DNA from: Candidatus Blackburnbacteria bacterium RIFCSPLOWO2_01_FULL_40_20
GTDB lineage: Bacteria; Patescibacteriota; Microgenomatia; UBA8517; UBA10165
DNA length: 64,000 nt
Direction: 5' to 3'
Assembly: GCA_001816475.1 (NCBI GenBank)
Contig: MHCC01000001.1
Span: 12,622 to 76,621, forward strand
Positions within the stretch are counted from its first letter, which is position 1. The number at the start of each line of letters is the position of its first letter. The translations under genes and the position numbers were made by a program. This document shows positions 27,855 through 35,564 of the stretch, in pieces. Below the pieces are notes generated by a model. It worked only from the letters and a program-made list of their open reading frames with translations, ran no database searches and was not told where the DNA came from.

Positions 27855-27996
27855 TCTATTTCTTGTTTATCTGCTTCCACAAATAAACTGACAAAAGAAT
27901 AAGGGTTATTATCACCAGAATCCAAACCAAGGATCCAAGGAATGCAAAAAGCCCAAACCCTCCTCCCCAGTTCATCATGTTTCCCCAATTTCCATA
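27847..27996 (-). CDS. 49-aa Gly/Trp/Met-rich small membrane protein (not in supplied ORF track)
   Basis: My translation of the minus strand: MMGYGNWGNMMNWGGGFGLFAFLGSLVWILVIITLILLSVYLWKQINKK. Sits immediately downstream of csoR. The supplied ORF 27833..28051 is a different frame. Confidence 0.45.
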
Positions 27997-28013
27997 TCCC
28001 ATCATATTGTCTC

Positions 28014-28301
28014 TCACCCCACTTTCTTGAATATCTCAACCATCTCATCAATTACTTCTTCCCTGCCTTTTTTAACTGCGTCAGTTGTGCAAGTTTTAAG
28101 GTGATTTTCTAAAATTAAATTATCAACTCCACGAAGTGCTTTTTGGACTGCTTGTGATTGGTGAAGTACGTCAACACAATACTCCCCCTCACCAACCATT
28201 TTTATAACCTTATTAAGATGTCCCCGGACGATTTTAAGTCGGTGCAATATTGTCCTTTTTACGGACGGGTCTCGCGGAATTCCTCTTGGCATGTTTTTCA
28301 T
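28014..28301 (-). CDS. csoR: CsoR/RcnR-family metal-sensing transcriptional repressor
   Basis: RLKIVRGHLNKVIKMV...EYCVDVLHQSQAVQKAL...H...C carries the Cys-His-Cys sensing triad. The probable true start is the second Met (MPRGIP). Confidence 0.8.
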   Translation of the reverse strand: MKNMPRGIPRDPSVKRTILHRLKIVRGHLNKVIKMVGEGEYCVDVLHQSQAVQKALRGVDNLILENHLKTCTTDAVKKGREEVIDEMVEIFKKVG

Positions 28302-28316
28302 CCCCTAGAGGGGGAT
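28300..28316. promoter_or_regulatory. candidate CsoR operator: perfect palindrome ATCCCC-TAGAG-GGGGAT abutting the csoR start
   Basis: 6-bp inverted arms separated by 5 nt. A GGGG/CCCC-containing inverted repeat is the general architecture of CsoR operators. A matching ATCCCC-N5-GGGGG site precedes the second csoR gene. Confidence 0.4.
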
Positions 28317-28589
28317 TAAGTAATTATACCATTAAAGACAAGAAAATCAATATTATTGTCATCCTGAGGAATGAAACGACGAAGGATCTCTCGCAAATGC
28401 GAGATGAAATATATGCTAAACAACTACCAAGTAGAGCAGAGATTCCTCCTCCGCCGAGCGAGATCGGAACGACGAGGGATATATGAAAAAAACTTGGGGT
28501 AGGCCGAAATATTTGCTTCTAGCAAAATACTCCGGACTACCCCGAACGAAGTTTAGAACGTGGTCCCGATCAAATCGGGGCTTTACGTT

Positions 28590-28838
28590 CTAGGTCAGCG
28601 ACAGCTGTCGCGAACGCCCTCGCGGCGGGTCATGCCGACTCTCAGGAAGCTGCTGCATTGCTTCCTGTCGTTTTGTTGTTTGGGCACATTCTTGCTCTTT
28701 AAGGACTCCGCGAAGGTCGTCGACCAACTTCTCTTCATTCTTGAACGAAAGCTCGGTTACTCGCTCAACCCCCGCTTTGTCAAGATGCCATTGTATGACT
28801 CTCGTCACATTCTCAATGATATCTCTTCTCAAGAACAA
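28590..28838 (-). CDS. hypothetical protein in GC-rich insert
   Basis: 82-aa ORF inside the ~670-bp high-GC block 28560-29230. The plus-strand ORFs here look like wrong-frame artefacts (Cys/Arg-rich). Confidence 0.3.
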   Translation of the reverse strand: MFLRRDIIENVTRVIQWHLDKAGVERVTELSFKNEEKLVDDLRGVLKEQECAQTTKRQEAMQQLPESRHDPPRGRSRQLSLT

Positions 28839-28862
28839 GCCACACCTCCTTTTTTTTGCAGA

Positions 28863-29219
28863 CTACTTCAGAACGTCAGCCAAATCGTGTGCCATCTCCA
28901 CTTTTTGCAGCGGACAAAGGTCGACCGGGCGCACTGTAGCAATGCAACGATTCCGTGCCTCACGATCCAAGTGCGACTGGATGACCTCGATCGCCTCGCG
29001 TGTCTTGTCCGAAACTGCCGGTGCGACTGGCGCAGCAGGCTCGGGCGGAGCAGCGACAGCGTGCAACACCTGATCCTGCCATCTGATCCCCCCACGGGGT
29101 TTGGTAACCGCAACCTTTTCCCGTGCCTTCTCGAGAACCGCTGTTGGTGACACTTTCTCCTCCTCGCGCGAAATATTTGGTTTATTAAAGATCCCTAGAC
29201 CTAACCCAGAGTATAGCAA
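28863..29219 (-). CDS. hypothetical protein in GC-rich insert (Pro/Ala-rich linker)
   Basis: 118-aa ORF with a protein-like composition, unlike the overlapping plus-strand frames. Confidence 0.35.
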   Translation of the reverse strand: MLYSGLGLGIFNKPNISREEEKVSPTAVLEKAREKVAVTKPRGGIRWQDQVLHAVAAPPEPAAPVAPAVSDKTREAIEVIQSHLDREARNRCIATVRPVDLCPLQKVEMAHDLADVLK

Positions 29220-29242
29220 GTTAGACCAAAAAAGTAAAATTT

Positions 29243-30253
29243 ATGGTAAAATTAAAGTTCATGGAATCCTTCTGGCTTGCCTTCCTTACCGGTCTTACAA
29301 CAGGCGGGTTTTCCTGCCTTGCCGTGCAAGGCGGGCTTTTAGCCTCAGCAATCTCCGGAAAAGAAACACAATCAAAACAAATTGTAGGATTGTTTTTGAT
29401 TGCAAAAATTATTGCCTATACCTTTTTGGGGGCTGGATTGGGACTTGTCGGATCTGCCTTGACCATTTCCGCTCAAACCCAAGGCTGGATGCAAATTTTT
29501 GCCGGAGTGTTTATGTTGTTAACTGCAGCAAGACTTCTAGACATCCATCCAATTTTTAGATATTTCGTTATCCAACCCCCACGCTTTGTATATAAATTTT
29601 TACGCAAAACCAGCAAAAGTGATGCATATTTCACGCCATTACTGCTCGGGTCGCTTACTGTTCTTATCCCCTGTGGAATCACCCAAGGCATGATGATTCT
29701 TGCAGTTTCATCTGGTAATCCTGTTACGGGCGCTTTAATAATGTTTTCATTTATCCTTGGTACTAGCCCAGTTTTCTTTGCCTTGGGCATTGCCACATCA
29801 CAACTTTTAAAAAGAAAGATCTTTGCGATTTTTACAGCTGGTGTAATTGCCATACTTGGTGCAATGGCTATAAACAGTGGCCAGGTTTTGCGGGGTTCAA
29901 TTTACACTTTTCAAAACTTCTATAAAGCTGCAACAACTGACGTGTATGGATCCGGGGGCAGTGTTGCCGGTGTAAACGCAGAAGGAAAACAAGAAGTTAC
30001 AATTGATGTTTTGAACAACGGATACAATTCCTCAAGCGATGTCTTAAAAGCTGGCGTTCCAGTAAAACTAAGCCTAGTAACAAACGGCACAAGAAGTTGT
30101 ACCCGCGCATTTACAATCCCAGCCTTGGGTGTTTCAAAAGTACTCCCGCAAACAGGTAGCGAAACAGTCGAATTTACGCCAGCAAAGGCGGGATCCTTGG
30201 CTTATTCTTGCGGGATGGGAATGTATGGAGGAACATTCCAGGTGATAAATTAA
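29243..30253 (+). CDS. polytopic membrane protein with Cys-containing TM motifs fused to a C-terminal cupredoxin-like domain (putative metal transporter)
   Basis: TM1 GLTTGGFSCLAVQGG and a later LIPCGITQG motif. C-terminal soluble domain ends SLAYSCGMGMYGGTFQV, paralleling SCGMNMYRGKI of ORF 27446..27805. Confidence 0.6.
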   Translation: MVKLKFMESFWLAFLTGLTTGGFSCLAVQGGLLASAISGKETQSKQIVGLFLIAKIIAYTFLGAGLGLVGSALTISAQTQGWMQIFAGVFMLLTAARLLDIHPIFRYFVIQPPRFVYKFLRKTSKSDAYFTPLLLGSLTVLIPCGITQGMMILAVSSGNPVTGALIMFSFILGTSPVFFALGIATSQLLKRKIFAIFTAGVIAILGAMAINSGQVLRGSIYTFQNFYKAATTDVYGSGGSVAGVNAEGKQEVTIDVLNNGYNSSSDVLKAGVPVKLSLVTNGTRSCTRAFTIPALGVSKVLPQTGSETVEFTPAKAGSLAYSCGMGMYGGTFQVIN

Positions 30254-30268
30254 CCCAATTTTCAATTT

Positions 30269-30292
30269 TTAATTCCGATAGGATCGGAATTG
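30269..30292. promoter_or_regulatory. palindrome AATTCCGATAGGATCGGAATTG with AATTTTC/GAAAATT flanks, upstream of copZ (copy 4)
   Basis: Identical arms to copies 1-3. Confidence 0.4.
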
Positions 30293-30325
30293 AAAATTTC
30301 AAATTTGTTATAGATCAACAAAAGC

Positions 30326-30577
30326 ATGAACAACGGTCAAGATAATAAACCAAAAGTACTCAGATTTTCCATCAAGGGTATGCATTGTCCGTCTTGCGCC
30401 ATATTAATCGAAAGCGATCTGGAAGACGCGGGTGTCAAAGTTTCTTGTAGTTACGCAAAACAACTCCTAGAAGTTGAGACCCCCTTTCGCTCGCAAGCTT
30501 CGGAGGGGCAAGCAGAAACAGAAAAAACTGTTAAGAAAGTTGTTGAAGATTTGGGATATAAGATAGAGGCTTTGTAA
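30326..30577 (+). CDS. copZ: heavy-metal-associated domain copper chaperone (CopZ-like)
   Basis: GMHCPSCA metal-binding motif in an ~80-aa ferredoxin-like ORF. Confidence 0.8.
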   Translation: MNNGQDNKPKVLRFSIKGMHCPSCAILIESDLEDAGVKVSCSYAKQLLEVETPFRSQASEGQAETEKTVKKVVEDLGYKIEAL

Positions 30578-30579
30578 AA

Positions 30580-31506
30580 CTACACCCCACAGCTTGATCC
30601 CCCGTTTGTTGCAGGAGGTAAAAAATTATTAGCAGACAACCAATCGTGAACTTTCTTCCACCCGGAAGATGAGGAATATTCTCGTCCTAACACTGTACGC
30701 GCAGGAACATCTTTCCAAGCCGTGCCTTCTTTCGCTTCAAAGTAGCCCGCAAGTTCGATATATTGGTTAGAAAACCAATAGGAGTTCATCGCTTTTAATG
30801 CGTCAAATATTTGGTCAGCGGTTGCGCCTTGTGAAACCATCAGCTCAGCCAAACCTAGAGCCGCCATACCGTGGTTGCAGTCAGGAAATGCAGTAGAGTT
30901 GTTGCAACACGGCCTGAAAACCCCATTTGCAACTTCCTCAACTATTTTTTGTTGATCTGCAGATATAGGAATAATTTGAAACTTTGAATAGTAATTAACA
31001 GCTTTTGTTTTTGAAACTGTCCAACCACCGGTTGATGCAAAATTCCCCACCTTTGCACGACCTCCCTCAACCATTACTCCTTCATCTAAAATTTTATTTT
31101 TATTTGCTAACCCCAATGCCCAAAAGAGGTTAAGTAAAAAGTGAGCGTTACCTGCGTTAACTGTTATTTCCTGGTCGCGCCCTAATGTTAATATTTCCAA
31201 CTGCTCGTCCGTAAGAGCATTGGCGCCTTGATAAATTGCCTTAAATTTTTCCAGGTCTATCGTTCCTGATTGAATAAGTTTTGGCCCGATGTCGCCAAAC
31301 TTAACACCCAGTTTCACTCCTTCTGCCGGGACAACTTGCTGCGCAAGAGCTTGCACGTCGTAAGTTGAAGTTTGGGTTTGTACTTGAGCTTTTTTCTTTA
31401 CCGACACATTAATGTCCCAACTCTGAAGAAATTTTGGAATATAAAAACCTGCGGCAAAAACAAAAACGGCCACAAGCGCGATTGCAATAATTCCTTTTAT
31501 GTTCAT
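30580..31506 (-). CDS. membrane-anchored extracytoplasmic hypothetical protein with Cys/His cluster
   Basis: N-terminal TM helix. RPCCNNSTAFPDCNHG motif suggests metal or disulfide chemistry. No family assigned. Confidence 0.5.
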   Translation of the reverse strand: MNIKGIIAIALVAVFVFAAGFYIPKFLQSWDINVSVKKKAQVQTQTSTYDVQALAQQVVPAEGVKLGVKFGDIGPKLIQSGTIDLEKFKAIYQGANALTDEQLEILTLGRDQEITVNAGNAHFLLNLFWALGLANKNKILDEGVMVEGGRAKVGNFASTGGWTVSKTKAVNYYSKFQIIPISADQQKIVEEVANGVFRPCCNNSTAFPDCNHGMAALGLAELMVSQGATADQIFDALKAMNSYWFSNQYIELAGYFEAKEGTAWKDVPARTVLGREYSSSSGWKKVHDWLSANNFLPPATNGGSSCGV

Positions 31507-31766
31507 TTTAAAAATCGATTGTACACCTTAGCAAACGCCCAACCAGATACCCAAGTTACAACGGCCATGGTTATTGCGCCTAGAATTAACGACCCGCTGC
31601 TTGCATAAACATCCCAAACATTAGCTAAGTTTACACCATGGAACCAGCTTTGAAAAACTAATTTTGCAATGTCTGGAACCAAGATAATCGCAAGGTAACA
31701 AATAACGGAAACTCCAACACTTACGGCAGCTAAAGCATTTGCTAGAGCGACTTCGTTAAGTTTCAT
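31503..31766 (-). CDS. small membrane protein
   Basis: 87 aa with two to three hydrophobic segments; overlaps the downstream gene by 4 nt. Confidence 0.45.
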   Translation of the reverse strand: MKLNEVALANALAAVSVGVSVICYLAIILVPDIAKLVFQSWFHGVNLANVWDVYASSGSLILGAITMAVVTWVSGWAFAKVYNRFLK

Positions 31767-31780
31767 TAGACCACCCCATT

Positions 31781-32395
31781 TTATTTAATTTTCTCCAACT
31801 GATTAATCAATTGGTTATTTCTCACTCCCATTTTTGGATCATCCCACCAATATGCAACTTGCCCATCTTTGTTAACAATTACAAATGTGTGCCCCGGATA
31901 TCCGCCTTTGTGCATCGAAGAAGGCGCATAAAGTGTTTCATAGGCAGCTGATGTGGATTTTGTGTTATCAAATAAAACCTTTGCTTTTGCCAACTCGGGC
32001 ATTTTGTCCAATGCTTTCTTCCAGTTGTCCGGAACATCAACTATTACTGAGTACGTCTCAACTCCGTCTTTGCTAAACCTTTCATCCTCGCCCAATGCTT
32101 TCATCTGATCCCAACAAGCAGGATAACAAATCAATCCTTCATTAAAAAACAACAAAACAGTTTTTCCGCGAAGGTCGGATAATTTGACTGTATTCCCTTC
32201 ATAGTCTTTAAGTTCAAAATCCGGGGCTTGTTTGCCAACCATACCACCTTCAACTGACTTTCGCCCCTCCGGGTTTGGACCAAACTTTTGTGCTCCAACA
32301 ACAATGCCGCCAAGCAGGGCTATTGTTATTACAACTACAATAATTATAAATTTGTTATTCATCTTGCTCCCCCTGTTAATATATTTGTTACCCAA
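31781..32395 (-). CDS. membrane-anchored thioredoxin-fold redoxin (TlpA/ResA/peroxiredoxin-like)
   Basis: N-terminal TM helix and a thioredoxin-like fold, with the unusual CYPAC (CxxxC) motif in place of CxxC. Confidence 0.6.
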   Translation of the reverse strand: MGNKYINRGSKMNNKFIIIVVVITIALLGGIVVGAQKFGPNPEGRKSVEGGMVGKQAPDFELKDYEGNTVKLSDLRGKTVLLFFNEGLICYPACWDQMKALGEDERFSKDGVETYSVIVDVPDNWKKALDKMPELAKAKVLFDNTKSTSAAYETLYAPSSMHKGGYPGHTFVIVNKDGQVAYWWDDPKMGVRNNQLINQLEKIK

Positions 32396-33129
32396 GCCGC
32401 ATAAGTATTAACCATCACTTTGTAATCCGACCTTACCTGTAATCCCCCAGTTAATGCCAGGTAAGTAATTAAAGCGCTCATTGCTATGAAAATAATTCCT
32501 GACAATAGATTAGCAATTGTTATATTCACTTCTTTCCCAAATATTTTGTAGGTTATTCCACGCCTGACAAGCATAAACTTTTGAGTGATCTTTGTTTTGT
32601 CAATTGCCCAAGAAAGTATAAAAAGCGGAGCGACCATGCCAAGAACATAGGCAATCGCATAAAGCCCACCTAAAAGTGTTGAACCTGGCAATGCAGATAA
32701 GGCAACAATCCCCGCCAACACTGGTGCACAACAAGAGGTAGCAAATCCTGAAAACACACCCAGCATAAAGATAGAACCAAAGGTAAATTTACCGGGTGTC
32801 GTAACGCTTGTGTGCCAAGGAAGAGAAAAGCTTCTGCCTGTTAAAATCACAACGCCAAGTACAAAAAGGAATATTGCCCCAAGTATATATATTTGATCAT
32901 GGTACATTTCAAATATCTCTCCTAAAAACCCAGCACCAAGCCCAATTGGTAAAAAGACAACGGCCAGCCCCAAAGAAAATACCCCAGTCATCCCCAAGAC
33001 TGTTTTTCTTTGCGAAAAAATAGAACCCATGTAAGAAGGCAAAAGAACGGTAATGCAACAAGGCGCAAACAACGCCGCGATACCAGCAACGAATGAGGCT
33101 ATAAACGAAGCAATGGGCAAAATAGTCAT
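32359..33129 (-). CDS. ccdA: CcdA/DsbD-family transmembrane thiol-disulfide electron transporter
   Basis: Begins MTILPIASFIASFVAGIAALFAPCCITVLLP (paired Cys in TM1). Six predicted TM segments. The listed ORF's 25-codon upstream extension is probably not translated. The start overlaps the csoR2 stop (ATGA). Confidence 0.7.
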   Translation of the reverse strand: MTILPIASFIASFVAGIAALFAPCCITVLLPSYMGSIFSQRKTVLGMTGVFSLGLAVVFLPIGLGAGFLGEIFEMYHDQIYILGAIFLFVLGVVILTGRSFSLPWHTSVTTPGKFTFGSIFMLGVFSGFATSCCAPVLAGIVALSALPGSTLLGGLYAIAYVLGMVAPLFILSWAIDKTKITQKFMLVRRGITYKIFGKEVNITIANLLSGIIFIAMSALITYLALTGGLQVRSDYKVMVNTYAAWVTNILTGGAR

Positions 33130-33386
33130 GTTCTTTTGTAAAGTTCTACTAACTCTTCCAACACCTTCTCTCCTTTTCCATCCTTTATATCCTTTACAAC
33201 ACAACCATAAAGATGGCCTTGAAGAACCATCCCGTCAACATTTTTTAAAGCAGACTGAACAGCTTTTGATTGATGAATTACGTTTGGGCAATAACAGCCT
33301 TCGCGAACCATAGCAATCACCTTTTTAAGATGTCCCTCAGCAATTGCCAACCGTTTTAGTGTAAGCTCTTGAACTTTTGAATCCAT
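33126..33386 (-). CDS. csoR: CsoR/RcnR-family metal-sensing repressor, second paralogue
   Basis: LKRLAIAEGHLKKVIAMVREGCYCPNVIHQSKAVQSALKNVDGMVLQGHLYGC carries C, H and C at the sensing positions. Confidence 0.8.
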   Translation of the reverse strand: MDSKVQELTLKRLAIAEGHLKKVIAMVREGCYCPNVIHQSKAVQSALKNVDGMVLQGHLYGCVVKDIKDGKGEKVLEELVELYKRT

Positions 33387-33387
33387 A

Positions 33388-33410
33388 CCCCTACCCCCTG
33401 ATGGGGATAT
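33388..33410. promoter_or_regulatory. candidate CsoR operator ATCCCC-ATCAG-GGGGTA (minus sense) immediately upstream of csoR2
   Basis: Same ATCCCC-N5-GGGGG architecture as the site at 28300. On the minus strand GGGGTAGGGGT then supplies the RBS before ATG. Confidence 0.35.
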
Positions 33411-33450
33411 TCAAATCATACCAAACAACTTTTAATTGTCAACAAGAAGA

Positions 33451-35241
33451 TTATCTCAACTCCATCAAAAACCTTGCCACACTAACATGATCTTTAATGC
33501 GCAAATCTTTCCCGGCGTCTAAAATAAATGCAGACAAATATTGACACAAGGAATAAGAAGAAAAAGATGAGTTTCTTATAACTTCCGCCCTGTATGCCCT
33601 GGTAAAAGCATTAATTAACTGTTGAGGGTCAAGTGCCTTAGCGTGAGTATTGCGTTCGCATGCCAAATTAATTAATCGATAAACAAGCTCGCCAAACTCC
33701 CCCTTCTCTCTTCCCTCAAGCCGAATTTCGTTTCCAGAAAAGTAATTGTTCTTAACAGGCGTATACCAATAAACAGCCTTGCCACCCACCAATTCTGCCC
33801 CTAAAATGGCTTTTGAATCTGGCAATAAAAGTCTATATTCCCCTATAACAGAAGCAACAGCCTCCTTAAATCTTCCAACAATGCGAACATACAAACCAGG
33901 GAGATCAATTCCTTCATGGTTCATTCCCGATTTTGTCCTGATTTGTACAAATCTTTCAAATCCATCTTCAAATTTAGAATTACTGCGTACGAGATCCAAT
34001 ACGAGTGGCATAGCATTTTTCCCAACAGTTGAAACCAGGTACCTCTTAAATTCTACAAACTTGGTTTCCATCGCCAATTCTACAACTATAGTTGAAGCAA
34101 AATTACCACTTGTTTTAACTATCCGACGAATTTCTTCACTTGTTGGCAGCTCTTGTATGCTAACAATACTTTCTACTATCTGTCGAAATTTTTGAGCAGT
34201 ACTAGTTTCTTTTGGGCCATTTCCATTTTGCAAAACTCTGCCGCTTTTTACCCACTGAGGGAAGGTCTTTGGGAAACTTCCAACAAGAAAATCCATGTAT
34301 TTTTGGGCTTCCGGCCAATTTCGGTCTTTAACAAATTCGGCAACTGGCGTAATCAAACCTGTAAAACCAGATTGTCCGGGGATATATCTTTTCCTTGTAC
34401 TCATCAGACTTTTCAATAGTTTGACTTGATCTTGCTTAAGACCAACGCCTTGTGCTACATCGTCCATTAAGCGCTGACAAAGCCTTAAGAACCCCTGATG
34501 GATCCTTAAGCGATCTATTTTTGGCCCTAAACGATCGTCAAAATACGCTGGAAATTTGCCTGCCTCAACACCTCCAAATATTAATGCGTACTCAGCAAGT
34601 TCTCGCGCAGAACCCAACGAGCTTTGGCCATCGCCCCAACGCGCGAAATTTCCTATTAAATGGTCTTTTGCGACTTCGATCAAACAAACAAGTGCCATTA
34701 TTTTTGCCTCAGGCGAGTTTGTATCAATCTTCCCGGCTTCAACAATCTCAGTAAAAAGCTTGCTCAAGTCCAAGTATTTTTCGTGAATCGATATCGTTTT
34801 TTGTGGAACATAAAAACAAGGTAGATAAGGCAAAATACCTAAGTCTGGATTTATAAAATAAACTGCTTCAACCGCCTTGGGTACATGAACTAAACGGCCT
34901 CCAGGAGCTAAGTACATAATCTCGCCTTCTATCTTTTTTAAACGGCTTTCAGGAAGTGCTAGCTCTTTTTGTGACCTGATCCCCTCAATACCCTCATTGA
35001 TTTCTTGAGCGTGTAAGGGTTGTTGCTGCAATAGCACTTCTTTTATTCGTTCCAGTGCTAAATCTTCGCATTCTTTGCAGTATTCAAAAACAGGATCTAG
35101 CGACTCGCTTGGTGCAAGATTTTTTCTGTGAAGTACTTGGAGCTGGTCTTTAAGCCCTTGCCGGGACAGAACATGCTCTTTTGTTATCATCGGCCACCGA
35201 TTATACCCAGATCTTACTTTTTTAGCAATGTCCAGGCACAT
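33451..35241 (-). CDS. large hypothetical protein (596 aa), no recognisable domain
   Basis: Long uninterrupted ORF with ordinary amino-acid composition. Overlaps the MGMT gene's end, so probably co-transcribed. The true start is probably the internal MITKEHV. Confidence 0.55.
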   Translation of the reverse strand: MCLDIAKKVRSGYNRWPMITKEHVLSRQGLKDQLQVLHRKNLAPSESLDPVFEYCKECEDLALERIKEVLLQQQPLHAQEINEGIEGIRSQKELALPESRLKKIEGEIMYLAPGGRLVHVPKAVEAVYFINPDLGILPYLPCFYVPQKTISIHEKYLDLSKLFTEIVEAGKIDTNSPEAKIMALVCLIEVAKDHLIGNFARWGDGQSSLGSARELAEYALIFGGVEAGKFPAYFDDRLGPKIDRLRIHQGFLRLCQRLMDDVAQGVGLKQDQVKLLKSLMSTRKRYIPGQSGFTGLITPVAEFVKDRNWPEAQKYMDFLVGSFPKTFPQWVKSGRVLQNGNGPKETSTAQKFRQIVESIVSIQELPTSEEIRRIVKTSGNFASTIVVELAMETKFVEFKRYLVSTVGKNAMPLVLDLVRSNSKFEDGFERFVQIRTKSGMNHEGIDLPGLYVRIVGRFKEAVASVIGEYRLLLPDSKAILGAELVGGKAVYWYTPVKNNYFSGNEIRLEGREKGEFGELVYRLINLACERNTHAKALDPQQLINAFTRAYRAEVIRNSSFSSYSLCQYLSAFILDAGKDLRIKDHVSVARFLMELR

Positions 35242-35564
35242 ATTTCCAAATTTACGTGTTGGTTGTCTTTAAAAATCACACCTTCTTCAACTAATTTTCT
35301 TTTTTGCTCAACTTGTCCCCCAAAAGCATAACCTGTGGCAAGTTTCCCATCTTTGTTAACAACCCTATGGCATGGAATTTTTTTGGGATTTTTGTTTTTA
35401 TGCAGTGCCCACCCAACCATATTGGCTGTGATTTTTTTACCCCTTACTTCCCCAATCTCCCCAACTTCCCTTACACCCACCATCCTTGCCACCTCCCCGT
35501 AAGCCATAACCTTACCTTTTGGTATTTTCTCTACAAACTTCCAAACTAATTCGTAATAACTCAT
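35214..35564 (-). CDS. methylated-DNA-protein-cysteine methyltransferase DNA-binding domain protein
   Basis: AYGEVARMVG ... NP.KKIPCHRVV has the PCHRV active-site motif. Carries an extra GVREVGEIGEVRGKK insert. Confidence 0.7.
   Translation of the reverse strand: MSYYELVWKFVEKIPKGKVMAYGEVARMVGVREVGEIGEVRGKKITANMVGWALHKNKNPKKIPCHRVVNKDGKLATGYAFGGQVEQKRKLVEEGVIFKDNQHVNLEICAWTLLKK

Noticed and set aside
27833-28051. ORF 27833..28051 (minus, 72 aa)
   Set aside because: Overlaps the csoR 3' end and is out of frame with the well-formed 49-aa membrane peptide at 27847..27996, which is the more plausible gene.
28560-29150. Plus-strand ORFs 28560..29150 and 28741..29073 in the GC-rich block
   Set aside because: Cys/Arg/Ser-rich, low-complexity translations typical of the wrong frame of GC-rich DNA; the minus-strand frames look more protein-like.
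32359-33204. 25-codon N-terminal extension of the CcdA ORF (MCCKGYKGWKRREGVGRVSRTLQKN)
   Set aside because: Would overlap csoR2 out of frame; the conserved CcdA sequence starts at MTILPIAS, whose ATG overlaps the csoR2 stop (ATGA coupling).
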